A stretch of 28,473 nucleotides of DNA from Acidothermales bacterium (GCA_017354575.1 JAFMQP010000001.1:1-28473), one strand, 5' to 3'; counted from the first letter of the stretch, positions 1-9,165 are shown. Numbers and translations: made by a program. Notes: a model not told the origin generated them from the letters alone.

Positions 1-303
1 CGCACGCACGGCGTGCCGTGGCGCGCGGTGGCGGTCGCCGTCCTGCTGGCGGCCGCCCTGGTCGTCGCGGACGCCGCAGAGTCGCTGCCTCCCGGCGCGC
101 ACGCGTCGCACGGCCTGCTGATCGCGCTGCGCCGCCGTGCCGTGCCGGCACTCGTCGCCGCGGCGGCCGTCGCCGCGGTCGCCGCCTTCACCGCGGCGCC
201 ACCCGCACTGCACGGTGCGCCGGTCGTCGTCGCGGGCATGGTCGCCGCGGCGGCCACGGTGCTGCTGCTCGTGATCGCCGTCCCACGCCGGCGCCGTCGC
301 TGA
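1..303 (+). CDS. Membrane protein, C-terminal fragment (gene starts before the window)
   Basis: Frame is open from position 1 (R-T-H-G-V-P-W...) to TGA at 301-303. It has three to four Ala/Val/Leu hydrophobic stretches and a basic C-terminus (PRRRRR). No family recognised. Confidence 0.55.
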   Translation, partial: RTHGVPWRAVAVAVLLAAALVVADAAESLPPGAHASHGLLIALRRRAVPALVAAAAVAAVAAFTAAPPALHGAPVVVAGMVAAAATVLLLVIAVPRRRRR

Positions 304-343
304 CCGAACCCGTGCGACAACGGCGATGCGTGACAGCCGGGGG

Positions 344-1990
344 TCACCCGGCCCGGCGGGCGACCCGTTGGCAGGTCAGCGGATGCGTCGGCCCGTCGCC
401 GCAGGTGCGGAAGGCGGCGAGCTGTTCGTCGACGTCCTGCGCCGGGCGACCCGCCCCGTAGCTGTCCGCGGTCTCGTAGCGGTCGCGCCTGAGGTCGTAG
501 TACTCGTACTCGGTCCGCGCGCCGGGCAGCCGGTACTCGACGTAGAGCGCGGACGCCGTACGGATGGCCTGATACGTGGGCGGGTTGGAGTTCCCCGGCG
601 CGGCCGCCTCGTCGTCCACCTCGCCCGGCGCCTTCGGGTCGATGTGCGTGTGTTCCACGAACGCGGCCGTGCGCCAGCGCGGCACCTGCTCGCCGTGCAG
701 CAGCGGCAGCAGGCTCATCCCGTCGGACGGAGGGTGTCGCCGCACGCCCGCGATGTCGAGGAACGTCGGGAAGAAGTCCGTGTTCTGCGCGATCTCGGTG
801 CGATGCACACCCGCGAGGACGCCGGGTCCCACGACCACGGCGGGGACGCGGATGTCGTGGTCGTACGGCGTCTGCTTGCCTCGCAACAGGCGGTGCTGGC
901 CGAGGTGGAACCCGTTGTCGGCGGCGAACACGACGTAGGTGTTCGCCGCCGTGGCGGGCGTGAGCGCGCCGCGTACCCTCGCGAGCAGGTCGTCGACGGA
1001 CTGCATCATCCGGACCCGGTTGCGGTAGTCCTCGGTGAGGTTGGCGTGCTCGCGGGCGGTGAGCGGTTTCCGCCTTACCCACGACGGCTTGTCGGACGTG
1101 TCCTCGTCGAACGCGGGTGAGTGGGCGGCGTCGAGCCGCGTGCAGTCGCCGACGGCGGTCGCGGCGCCGCCGCAGTCACCGTCGCGGTCGACGGCGCTCG
1201 GCCGGTCGCGCGACGCGGGCGGGAAGCGCGGCTCCCTGCGGGTGCGGTCGAACGGGACGCGCTGGTGCGGCGCGTACGTCGCCACCTCGAGGAAGAACGG
1301 CCTGGGCCGCTGCTGCGCCCGGTCGAGGAAGTCCACGGCCCGGTCGGACATGTAGTCGGTGGCGTACTCTGTGCCGACGGTCGACGTCCGTGCCCGTGTC
1401 AGGTCGTTGCGGCCGTTGCGCCGGAGGGTCTGCACCTGGTAGCCGAACTCCCGGTACCCGCCGCCGCCCACGGCGTTCCACTCGTCCCAGCCGGTCGGCA
1501 CCGACGGGTCGCGTTGGACGGGATAACCGTTGAGGTACTTGCCGACGAACCCGGTGTGGTAGCCCTGCCGGTTCAGGTACACCGCGAAGGTGCGCTTCTC
1601 GTTGCTGTCGGCGGTGTCGCCGTCCTCGTTCGGGTCGACGAACGCCGGCCAGCCGCCGTGCGCGCCGCGGTTCGCGAGGACGTGGGTGTTGTGCGGGTAG
1701 AGCCCGGTGAAGACCGTCGAACGTGACGTGCAGCACAGCGAGTCGCCGACGAAGAACGAGTCGAACGTGGTCCCCTGTTCCTGCATCGACTGCAGCTGGC
1801 CGACGTATCGAGCGAGGTCCCACGACATGTCGTCGGTGAGCACCAGCACGATGTTCGGGCGACCACGGGCGGGCCCGTGCTCCGACCCCGGTCCGAACCC
1901 GCCGCTCGAACCCGCGACGATCGCGGTGGCGACGAGCGCCAGGACGCCGGCGACCGCCACGGCGACCAGGAGGCGACGTGCGAGCACCAT
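344..1990 (-). CDS. Secreted sulfatase (formylglycine-dependent family, N-acetylglucosamine-6-sulfatase-like), 548 aa
   Basis: Motifs: PNIVLVLTDD metal site, SLCCTSRSTVFTGLYPHN active-site region, GYHTGFVGKYLNGY, YVVFAADNGFHLGQH, GKQTPYDHDIRVP. Start moved to ATG 1990 because a GAGGGGGAG RBS lies upstream. N-terminus MVLARRLL plus a hydrophobic helix suggests a signal peptide. Confidence 0.92.
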   Translation of the reverse strand: MVLARRLLVAVAVAGVLALVATAIVAGSSGGFGPGSEHGPARGRPNIVLVLTDDMSWDLARYVGQLQSMQEQGTTFDSFFVGDSLCCTSRSTVFTGLYPHNTHVLANRGAHGGWPAFVDPNEDGDTADSNEKRTFAVYLNRQGYHTGFVGKYLNGYPVQRDPSVPTGWDEWNAVGGGGYREFGYQVQTLRRNGRNDLTRARTSTVGTEYATDYMSDRAVDFLDRAQQRPRPFFLEVATYAPHQRVPFDRTRREPRFPPASRDRPSAVDRDGDCGGAATAVGDCTRLDAAHSPAFDEDTSDKPSWVRRKPLTAREHANLTEDYRNRVRMMQSVDDLLARVRGALTPATAANTYVVFAADNGFHLGQHRLLRGKQTPYDHDIRVPAVVVGPGVLAGVHRTEIAQNTDFFPTFLDIAGVRRHPPSDGMSLLPLLHGEQVPRWRTAAFVEHTHIDPKAPGEVDDEAAAPGNSNPPTYQAIRTASALYVEYRLPGARTEYEYYDLRRDRYETADSYGAGRPAQDVDEQLAAFRTCGDGPTHPLTCQRVARRAG

Positions 1991-2086
1991 CGCGCTCCCC
2001 CTCGATGTCGTCGGATGCAGCAGGCCGCGGCGCACACTACGCGACGCATGCCCGGCCCGTCGCGACGAATCGCTAGGGTGGTGCCG

Positions 2087-2282
2087 CTGGTGGTTCGCCC
2101 GTCACGGACGGTCGGGCGAGGAGAAGAGGGAACCCGGTGCGAATCCGGGACTGCCCCGCAGCGGTGAGCGGGAACGACAGCCGCCAAGAGCACTGGGCCG
2201 GTGACCGGCCCGGGAAGCGGCGGCCGGTAGGGAGCCGGTACGAGGTGCCGGAGGGCCCGCGAGTCCGAAGACCTGCCACCGG
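2087..2282 (+). ncRNA. Cobalamin (AdoCbl) riboswitch, cis-regulatory RNA
   Basis: Conserved elements in order: GGTTC (2092), AAGAGGGAA-CCCGGTGCGAATCCGGG-ACTGCCCCGCAGCGGTGA, GCACTGGG...CCCGGGAAG, and GAGTCCGAAGACCTGCC. Closing stem CTGGTGG (2087-2093) pairs with CCACCGG (2276-2282). It lies directly upstream of metE, its classic target. Confidence 0.95.
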
Positions 2283-2404
2283 TACGCGCACCGCCGGTGC
2301 GCGTGGGTACGAGGTCTCGCGGGAGGCGCGCCCGGCGCGGCACGGCCGCACGCCGGCGCCTCCCCCGTCCTCGTGCTCCCCGCCACGCTCGCGAGGAGAG
2401 AGAC

Positions 2405-4669
2405 GTGAACGACGAACAGCCGACGGGGATCGGCGCGACGGTACTCGGCTACCCACGGATCGGGCCGCACCGGGAGCTCAAGCGCGCGGTCGAGGACTAT
2501 TGGGCCGGCCGGATCGACGAGCCGGCGCTGCGGGACGTCGCGGCCGGGCTGCGCCGGGCGACGTGCACCGCGCTCGCGGACTCCGGGCTCGATTCCGTAC
2601 CGGGCAACACGTTCTCGTACTACGACCAGATGCTGGACACGGCCGTGCTCGTGGACGCCGTTCCCGCGCGGTTCCGTGACGAGGGGTCGTCCGAGCTGGA
2701 CACCTACTTCGCCATGGCACGCGGACGCGACGCCGTCGCGCCGCTCGAGCTGACCAAGTGGTTCGACACCAACTACCACTACCTCGTGCCGGAGCTCGGC
2801 ACGGACACGGCGTTCCGGTTGGCCGGCGACAAGCCGCTCGCGGAGTTCCGCGAGGCGCGGGACGCCGGCGTACCGACCCGCCCCGTGCTCGTCGGGCCGG
2901 TGACGTTCCTGCGGCTCGCGAAGCCGGCGGCGGACGCGCCGGAGGGCTTCCGCACGCTCGAGCTGCTCGACCCGCTCGTCGACGTCTACGCGGAGCTGCT
3001 CGGCGTCCTGGCGGACGCCGGCGTCGCGTGGGTGCAGCTGGACGAGCCCGCGTTCGTCGCCGACTCCACGGAGGAGGAGCTGGCGGCGCTGCACCGCGCC
3101 TACGAGCGGCTGTCCGCGCTCCCCGCCCGGCCGCTGATCCTGGTCGCGGGCTACTTCGGCGACTTCGCCGACGCGCTGCCCGTGCTCGGCGGCAGCTCCG
3201 TCGACGGGATCGCGCTCGACCTCGTGACGGCGCCGGCGCAGCTGGACGCCGTGCGCGGCCTGCGCGGCATCAGGGACAAGACGATCGTCGCGGGTGTCGT
3301 CGACGGCCGGAACGTGTGGCGCACCGACCTCGCCGACGCGCTGTCGCGGTGCACGCCGCTGCTCGACCACGCCGGCGAGGTCGCCGTCTCGTCGTCGTGC
3401 TCACTGCTGCACGTGCCCTATGACCTCGACGCGGAGCCGTCGCTCGACGAGTCGCTGCGCGGGCGGCTGGCGTTCGCCCGGCAGAAGGTCGCCGAGGTGG
3501 CCAGGCTCGGCCGGGCGTTGCGCGACGGAGAAGGAGCCGCGGCGGTCGACCCGCCGGCCGCGCCGAGACGCGACGACGGCGTACGCGACCGGTTGACCGC
3601 ATTGGGGCCGGAGCACCGGCGCCGGGCACCGTACGCCGAACGTGCCGCCGCGCAACGGGAACGGCTCCCGCTCCCGCCGCTGACCACGACGACGATCGGG
3701 TCGTTCCCGCAGACCGACGCGGTCCGTCGCGCACGCGCCGACCTGCGTGCGGGACGGCTCGACGAGGCCGGCTACGCAGAGCGGATGCGTGCGGAGGTCG
3801 AGCGGATCGTCCGCCTGCAGGAGGACATCGGCCTGGACGTGCTCGTGCACGGCGAGCCCGAGCGCAACGACATGGTCCAGTACTTCGCCGAGCTGCTCGA
3901 CGGGTTCGCCACGACCGCGAACGGCTGGGTGCAGTCGTACGGGACCCGTTGCGTCCGTCCGCCGATCCTGCACGGCGACGTCTCCCGGCCAGCGCCGATG
4001 ACCGTGCCGTGGATCCGGTACGCGCAGTCCCTCACGGACAGGCCGGTCAAGGGCATGCTCACCGGGCCCGTCACCATCCTCGCCTGGTCGTTCGTCAGGG
4101 ACGACCAGCCGGCGGCCGAGACGGCCGACCAGGTGGCGCTGGCGCTGCGCGACGAGATCGCGGAACTCGAGGCGGCCGGCGTGGCGATCGTCCAGGTGGA
4201 CGAGCCCGCGCTGCGCGAGCTGCTGCCGCCGCGAGCCGCCGACCGGGCGGCATACCTGGAGTGGGCGGTCGGCGCGTTCCGGCTCGCCACCGGCGCCGCC
4301 GCGGCCGCCACGCAGGTGCACACGCATCTGTGCTACTCCGAGTTCGGCGACGTGATCGACGCGATCGACGGGCTGGACGCGGACGTCACCACGATCGAGG
4401 CCGCGCGGTCGCGCATGGAGGTGCTCGCCGACCTCGCCGCCGTCGGGTTCGCCCGCGGCGTCGGCCCGGGCGTCTACGACATCCACTCCCCGCGCGTCCC
4501 GGACGAGACGGAGATCGGCGGCCTGCTCGACGCCGCACTGCGGGCGGTACCCGCGGACCGGCTCTGGGTCAACCCGGACTGCGGGCTCAAGACGCGCGGC
4601 TACGCGGAGGTCGAGCCGGCACTGCGCGCCATGGTCGGCGCGGCACGGCTACCCCGGCCCGCGCGCTGA
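2405..4669 (+). CDS. metE: 5-methyltetrahydropteroyltriglutamate--homocysteine methyltransferase (cobalamin-independent methionine synthase), 754 aa
   Basis: Motifs [52 protein letters not shown] and Zn ligands HLCYSE and [13 protein letters not shown] start at 2405 follows RBS GAGGAG (2393-2398). Confidence 0.97.
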   Translation: MNDEQPTGIGATVLGYPRIGPHRELKRAVEDYWAGRIDEPALRDVAAGLRRATCTALADSGLDSVPGNTFSYYDQMLDTAVLVDAVPARFRDEGSSELDTYFAMARGRDAVAPLELTKWFDTNYHYLVPELGTDTAFRLAGDKPLAEFREARDAGVPTRPVLVGPVTFLRLAKPAADAPEGFRTLELLDPLVDVYAELLGVLADAGVAWVQLDEPAFVADSTEEELAALHRAYERLSALPARPLILVAGYFGDFADALPVLGGSSVDGIALDLVTAPAQLDAVRGLRGIRDKTIVAGVVDGRNVWRTDLADALSRCTPLLDHAGEVAVSSSCSLLHVPYDLDAEPSLDESLRGRLAFARQKVAEVARLGRALRDGEGAAAVDPPAAPRRDDGVRDRLTALGPEHRRRAPYAERAAAQRERLPLPPLTTTTIGSFPQTDAVRRARADLRAGRLDEAGYAERMRAEVERIVRLQEDIGLDVLVHGEPERNDMVQYFAELLDGFATTANGWVQSYGTRCVRPPILHGDVSRPAPMTVPWIRYAQSLTDRPVKGMLTGPVTILAWSFVRDDQPAAETADQVALALRDEIAELEAAGVAIVQVDEPALRELLPPRAADRAAYLEWAVGAFRLATGAAAAATQVHTHLCYSEFGDVIDAIDGLDADVTTIEAARSRMEVLADLAAVGFARGVGPGVYDIHSPRVPDETEIGGLLDAALRAVPADRLWVNPDCGLKTRGYAEVEPALRAMVGAARLPRPAR

Positions 4670-4685
4670 CCCGGCGCCCCTCCTT

Positions 4686-4735
4686 CACGAGCCGGCTGAA
4701 TCATGCTCGTGTTTCCTTCGCACGGGTCATGCGAA
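4686..4735. terminator. Two short hairpins between convergent metE and methyltransferase genes (putative terminator)
   Basis: CACGAGC (4686-4692) pairs with GCTCGTG (4705-4711), followed by TTT. TTCGCA (4717-4722) pairs with TGCGAA (4730-4735). Confidence 0.4.
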
Positions 4736-4737
4736 CG

Positions 4738-5502
4738 TCACGACGAGACGGTGCCGCGTGCGTACCAGGCGCGGGCGTCGAGTGTGAACGGCCCCGTGGG
4801 TAGCGCCTCGCGGCACGCCTCCCGCACCCGCGCGCGGCCCTCGGCGGGCAGGGCGGCGACGTACTGCCCGGCCGGTCCGACCCCGAGCGTGAACGGCTCC
4901 CAGAAGTCGTCGAAGTCCCGGTAGTCCGCGTGCGAGGTGAGCACTCCGTCGACGACGTCCGCCAGGCCGGCACGCTCGAACCGGGAAGCGATGTCGCCCT
5001 TCTCGGTGCCGGCCATCCGCCGTTCCCCCTGGGCGGACGAGTCGACCCGGCCGACCGCGGCCCAGAACGTCCGGAGCATGGTCATGCCGTCCGCGACATC
5101 CCACATGCACGCCGCCACCGCGCCCCCGGGACGGGTGACGCGCGCCATCTCCCGGATGCCCAGGCCGGCGTCGCGCATGAAGCCGACCACCAGGCAGCTG
5201 AGCGCCGCGTCGAACCGGCCGTCGGCCCACGGCAGCCGCTCGGCCGCGCCGACCCGGACGTCGGCGCCGGGGTTGCGTTCACCGCACGCGGCGACGAACT
5301 GCGGTGCCGGGTCGACCGCGGCGACGTTCGCGGCACCGACGCGCTCGACCAACTCCCGCGTCAGGCCGCCCGGGCCGCACCCGACGTCCAGCACGCGCTG
5401 CCCGCTCCGCACCCCCGCCGCGTCGGCCAGCCCGGACGCGAGCGCGGGGGTGTACCTGCCCATGAACCGGTCGTAGTGCTCGGCCGGCGCCCCGAACCGC
5501 AT
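4738..5502 (-). CDS. Class I SAM-dependent methyltransferase, about 254 aa
   Basis: SAM motif I VLDVGCGPG, plus AAVDPAPQFV, AERLPW, FDAALSCLVVGF and EMARVTRPGG. An alternative TTG start at 5514 would overlap the SnoaL stop codon (TTGA). Confidence 0.9.
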   Translation of the reverse strand: MRFGAPAEHYDRFMGRYTPALASGLADAAGVRSGQRVLDVGCGPGGLTRELVERVGAANVAAVDPAPQFVAACGERNPGADVRVGAAERLPWADGRFDAALSCLVVGFMRDAGLGIREMARVTRPGGAVAACMWDVADGMTMLRTFWAAVGRVDSSAQGERRMAGTEKGDIASRFERAGLADVVDGVLTSHADYRDFDDFWEPFTLGVGPAGQYVAALPAEGRARVREACREALPTGPFTLDARAWYARGTVSS

Positions 5503-5510
5503 GGCCCCAC

Positions 5511-5888
5511 TCAACGCCCGTTCGCGGCGCGGCGCGCGGCGTCGAACGGAGTGCGGTCGAAGATGAACCGGCTGTAGGCGATCCGGCCGTCCCGGACGGT
5601 GACGCGCTCCGCCGCGGGAGAACTCGCCACCGGCACCGTCTCGGTGTCGTACACGACCACCGCGGTGTCGTCGTCGCCGAACGCACCGATCAGCTCGGCT
5701 CGCCTCAGTATCCGCACGAACGGCGACATGAAGCCCCGGTACGCGGCCGCGCCCTCGAGCCGGCCCGCGGGTGCGTCGCACACGACGTCGTCGGCGACGT
5801 ACGCCATCGCGCCGTCCAGGTCGCCCGACGTCCAGGCGTGGTGATAGCCGAGCGCGGTCGTCAGTGCGGGGCTGGTGGTGTCGGTCAT
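5511..5888 (-). CDS. SnoaL-like / NTF2-family protein, 125 aa
   Basis: Pattern AWTSGDLDGAMAYVADDVVCDAP..RLEG....RGF and C-terminal TVRDGRIAYSRFIFD are typical of the NTF2/SnoaL fold. Confidence 0.85.
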   Translation of the reverse strand: MTDTTSPALTTALGYHHAWTSGDLDGAMAYVADDVVCDAPAGRLEGAAAYRGFMSPFVRILRRAELIGAFGDDDTAVVVYDTETVPVASSPAAERVTVRDGRIAYSRFIFDRTPFDAARRAANGR

Positions 5889-5890
5889 GG

Positions 5891-6190
5891 GTGCTGTCGA
5901 TGCCGCCGGCGCCGCACGAGTACCACGGGCACGCCGCGATCGCGGGCTTCCTGCGCGCCTCGTTCGGCTACGGCGGCAACCGCGTGGTCCGCCTGCTGCC
6001 CGTCGGCGCCAACACGCAGCCGGCGTTCGGCAGCTACCTGGCGGCCGCCCCCGACGCCGTCGCGACGCCCGGCGGCCTGTTCGTGCTCACCGTGGCGGGG
6101 GACCGGTTGCGCGCCGTCACCCGCTTCCACCTCGACGAGCTGTACCCGCGCTTCGGCCTCCCCGAACGCCTCCCTCCGACAGGTCAGTGA
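5891..6190 (+). pseudogene. 5'-truncated ECF sigma-70 factor (SigG-like); only the C-terminal SnoaL-like extension remains
   Basis: VLSMPPAPHEYHGHAAIAGFL...RLLPVGANTQPAFGSY...GLFVLTVAGDRLRAVTRFHLDELYPRFGLPERL matches the C-terminal extension I recognise from SigG-type ECF factors. No sigma region 2 or 4 is present. The homology begins 2 nt from the opposite-strand SnoaL start codon. Confidence 0.75.
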
Positions 6191-6609
6191 CCGGTGCGGC
6201 CGTGGTCGAACCGTTGCCGGTAACGCCGGCGCGCCTCGGCGACGAGCTCGCCGGACAGCCGCGCCACGACCGTCGTGTCGGTGAGCAGCGGCTCGGTGTC
6301 CGGCCCGTGGCCGACGATCCGGCCGCGGACGACCCAGCCGGCGTGCCGCGCGGACCGTTCCGCCAGGTGCACGTACTGGCACACCTGGCGGGCCAGCCAG
6401 TCCTCGAGCGGCCTCGTCCACCAGTCCTGTGGCGCCAACGGGTTCGCGGACAGGCCGGGCATGCGCAGGCCGCTCTCGTAGTCGATGCTGCCGTCCTGCT
6501 CCTCGTCCGGATCGGGGCCGAACCGGACGTAGAGACCGTCGTCGGTCCGCACCAGCTCCGCGAGCTCGCCGAGCCGGTGGAGGACGCGGACGTCCGGCTT
6601 GTCGTCCAT
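6184..6609 (-). CDS. DUF6098-like protein, 141 aa
   Basis: LYVRFGPDP...SIDYESGLRMPGLSANPL..QDWW.RP..DWLARQVCQYVHL pattern recognised from this actinobacterial family. ATG 6609 lies just downstream of a GGGTAT promoter box. Confidence 0.75.
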   Translation of the reverse strand: MDDKPDVRVLHRLGELAELVRTDDGLYVRFGPDPDEEQDGSIDYESGLRMPGLSANPLAPQDWWTRPLEDWLARQVCQYVHLAERSARHAGWVVRGRIVGHGPDTEPLLTDTTVVARLSGELVAEARRRYRQRFDHGRTGH

Positions 6610-6618
6610 GGACGTGGC

Positions 6619-6643
6619 ATACCCCCTGTGTACGCGAGCATGC
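6619..6643 (-). promoter_or_regulatory. SigB/SigF-type promoter (GCAT-N15-GGGTAT) for the DUF6098-like gene
   Basis: Minus strand: GCAT at 6643-6640, 15-nt spacer, GGGTAT at 6624-6619, then 9 nt before ATG 6609. Confidence 0.6.
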
Positions 6644-6692
6644 CAGACTGCGAGGGGGCGGGTACCGCCGTCCACAGGTGAGGAGACAGACC

Positions 6693-7826
6693 ATGTCCGA
6701 GCGTCCCGCAGACCGGCCACCGTTCCGCGCCGACCACGTCGGCAGCCTGCTCCGCCCACCCGAGCTGCTCCAGGCCCGCGACGACTTCGCGGCGGGCAGG
6801 ATCGACGCCGAGGCGTTGCGGGCGATCGAGGACGACGCGATCCGCGAGGTGGTCAGGAGACAGCACGAGACCGGGTTGCGCACCGCGACCGACGGCGAGT
6901 TCCGGCGCGAGTCGTGGCACATGGACTTCATCTACCAGCTCGGCGGGATCACCCAGGTGCGCGACGACACCATCCGGGTCGCGTTCCACAACAAGGAGAA
7001 GTCGTTCGAGTGGGCGCCGCCGTCGGCGCACGTGTCCGAGCGGCTGCACCTCTCGCACACGATCTTCGCGGACGCGTTCACGTACCTCAAGGCGACGGCG
7101 GCCGACGCCGTCCCCAAGCTCACGATCCCGTCGCCCAGCATGGTGCACTACCGCGGCGGGCGCGCGGCGATCGACGAGTCCGTCTACCCGGACATGGACG
7201 CGTTCTGGACCGACCTCACCGACGCGTACGCCGAGGAGGTACGCCGGTTGCACGGCCTGGGCTGCCGGTACCTGCAGTTCGACGACACCAGCCTCGCGTA
7301 CCTGAACGACCCGGTGCAGCGCAAGCACGTCGAGGAGATCGGCGGCGACCCCGAGCACCAGCACGAGAAGTACATCGCGAACATCAACCGTGCGCTCGCC
7401 GACCGGCCCGACGACATGGCGATCACGACGCACATGTGCCGCGGCAACAACCAGAGCATGTGGGCGGCCGAGGGCGGCTACGACTTCGTCGCCGAGGCGC
7501 TGTTCAACAACCTCGACGTCGACGGCTTCTTCTGCGAGTGGGACGACGAGCGGTCCGGCGGCTTCGCGCCGTTGCGGTTCGTGCCGAAGGGCAAGCGGGT
7601 CGTGCTCGGGCTGGTCACCACCAAGCGCGGCGAGCTGGAGAGCAAGGACGACCTGAAGCGCCGCATCGAGGAGGCGTCGAAGTACGTCGACGTCGACCAG
7701 CTCTGCCTCTCGCCGCAGTGCGGGTTCTCGTCCACCAAGGAGGGCAACGACCTGAGCCACGAGCAGCAGTGGGCGAAGCTGCGGCTCATCGTCGAGACGG
7801 CCGCGGAGGTGTGGGACGCGGCCTAG
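6693..7826 (+). CDS. Single-barrel cobalamin-independent methionine synthase-like protein (YxjG/YxjH-like, Meth_synt_2 domain only), 377 aa
   Basis: Motifs PFRADHVGSLLRP, TDGEFRR, PKLTIPSP, YLQFDD and Zn ligands HMCRGN, CEWDDERSG and LSPQCGF. RBS AGGAG at 6681-6685. Confidence 0.9.
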   Translation: MSERPADRPPFRADHVGSLLRPPELLQARDDFAAGRIDAEALRAIEDDAIREVVRRQHETGLRTATDGEFRRESWHMDFIYQLGGITQVRDDTIRVAFHNKEKSFEWAPPSAHVSERLHLSHTIFADAFTYLKATAADAVPKLTIPSPSMVHYRGGRAAIDESVYPDMDAFWTDLTDAYAEEVRRLHGLGCRYLQFDDTSLAYLNDPVQRKHVEEIGGDPEHQHEKYIANINRALADRPDDMAITTHMCRGNNQSMWAAEGGYDFVAEALFNNLDVDGFFCEWDDERSGGFAPLRFVPKGKRVVLGLVTTKRGELESKDDLKRRIEEASKYVDVDQLCLSPQCGFSSTKEGNDLSHEQQWAKLRLIVETAAEVWDAA

Positions 7827-8374
7827 AGCAGCTCGTCGACCCGGGACAACGTCTCGGCGACGTTGTCGTCCGCCGTCAGCGCGCGGGCGTCCGGCACGCT
7901 GAGCCAGCGCAGCGGCGCCTCGGGACGCTCGGCGACGGCGGCGTCGGGTTGCGCCGTGGTCAGCACGAACCTGAGGTCGGCGTGCTCGTGCGCAGGGTCG
8001 TCGCCGTCGGCCGGCACGGGAACGACGGCGACGTGCACGACACCGGCGTCGGGCAACGGTTCGAGATCGGCGAGCCCGGTCTCCTCGTGCGCCTCACGCA
8101 TCGCGACGGCCATCGGGTCCGTCTCGCCGGGTTCGCCGTGCCCGCCGACGTGCAGCCACGACTTCACCCGCTCGTGCCAGCGCAGCAGCACCCGCCTGGT
8201 CGGCGGATGCACGACCAGCGCCGACGCGGTCATGTGCAGCAGGTTCGACCGCGACCAGGGGTCGTCCGTCCGCTCGACGAGCAACCGGGTGCGCGCCACG
8301 TCGGCCGCCTCGACGACTCCCTGCGGCTGGTAGCGCGAGAGCAGCTCGGCGACGGGGCAGTGCGCGGCGGTCAC
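7823..8374 (-). CDS. NUDIX hydrolase, 183 aa
   Basis: Nudix box GGHGEPGE......AMREAHEETGL, plus HMTASALVV and H.HADLRF. TAGGCT -10-like box 8 nt upstream of the GTG suggests a leaderless transcript. Confidence 0.9.
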   Translation of the reverse strand: MTAAHCPVAELLSRYQPQGVVEAADVARTRLLVERTDDPWSRSNLLHMTASALVVHPPTRRVLLRWHERVKSWLHVGGHGEPGETDPMAVAMREAHEETGLADLEPLPDAGVVHVAVVPVPADGDDPAHEHADLRFVLTTAQPDAAVAERPEAPLRWLSVPDARALTADDNVAETLSRVDELL

Positions 8375-8517
8375 GGGGCTTCAGCCTAGGCCCATGGGCT
8401 CGGTGCACGACAGACCCGGTTCGCATCGCTGTCCGTGATCGACGCCGTCCACACGGCGGCGGGACGCCGTTGCGGCGGCCCGCCGTGGTCATGTCGGAGA
8501 GGTGCGACGGGGGGTGT

Positions 8518-9138
8518 TCAGCCCAGCCTCCGCTGCAGGACGTCCGCGCCCGGTCCGGTGAGCTCGTGCGCCACCCCGGCACGTCCGGCCAGTACCATCA
8601 GGACCGCCTCGGCCTTCCCTCGCGCCTCAGGGCCCTTGCCGCGGGACCAGTCGAGGTCGGTCGCGACCAGCCGCACGCCGCGGGCGTTCCAGAAGCCGCG
8701 GAGCGGCGGCGCGGTGACCGCGAACGGGAGCGCGTACCGCAGCCGTTCCTCGGGGACGATGCGTGGCTTGCCGAGTGGGCGGCGGATGTCCTGCTGGTGG
8801 ATCAGCGCGTCGACGAGACCGACCCCGCCACCGAGCCGCGCGGTCGAGCCCCGCGGGTCCAGATGCGAGCGCAGGAACGCGACCAGCTGGCGGGTGTCGA
8901 GGTGTGCGTACTCGGCGAGCGCTACCTCGTTGAGCGCCCCGAATCGGAACCGCGCCCTGGCGAACCGGCGGAGCAGGTCGCCGCTCCCGTGCGCTTCGTA
9001 GCTGATGACATGGCCGACGACATCGCGCACCCGCCATCCCCGGCACAGGCTCTCCGCCTCCCACTGGTCCGGGGTCAGCCCCTCGAGGAAGTCGGCCAGA
9101 TCCGATCGTTCCTGCCGGGCCAGCGCCATCACGTTCAT
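8518..9138 (-). CDS. Maleylpyruvate isomerase-family mycothiol-dependent enzyme (TIGR03083-like, DinB/YfiT fold), about 206 aa
   Basis: ER..LADFLEGLTPDQW...SLCRGWRVRDVVGHV and D..IHQQDIRRPLG metal-binding motifs. The start could instead be 9132 or 9129. Confidence 0.88.
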   Translation of the reverse strand: MNVMALARQERSDLADFLEGLTPDQWEAESLCRGWRVRDVVGHVISYEAHGSGDLLRRFARARFRFGALNEVALAEYAHLDTRQLVAFLRSHLDPRGSTARLGGGVGLVDALIHQQDIRRPLGKPRIVPEERLRYALPFAVTAPPLRGFWNARGVRLVATDLDWSRGKGPEARGKAEAVLMVLAGRAGVAHELTGPGADVLQRRLG

Positions 9139-9165
9139 CCGATCATGGTCCCAGGGATCGCCTCC

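Noticed and set aside
2305-2310. GGGTAC box in the metE leader as a sixth stress promoter
   Set aside because: There is no GNNT at 14-16 nt spacing, and it lies within the riboswitch expression platform.
5771-5890. N-terminal extension of the 5771..6190 ORF as the missing sigma domain or an overlapping gene
   Set aside because: It is simply the antisense of the SnoaL gene (Arg-rich, no sigma region 2 or 4 motifs).
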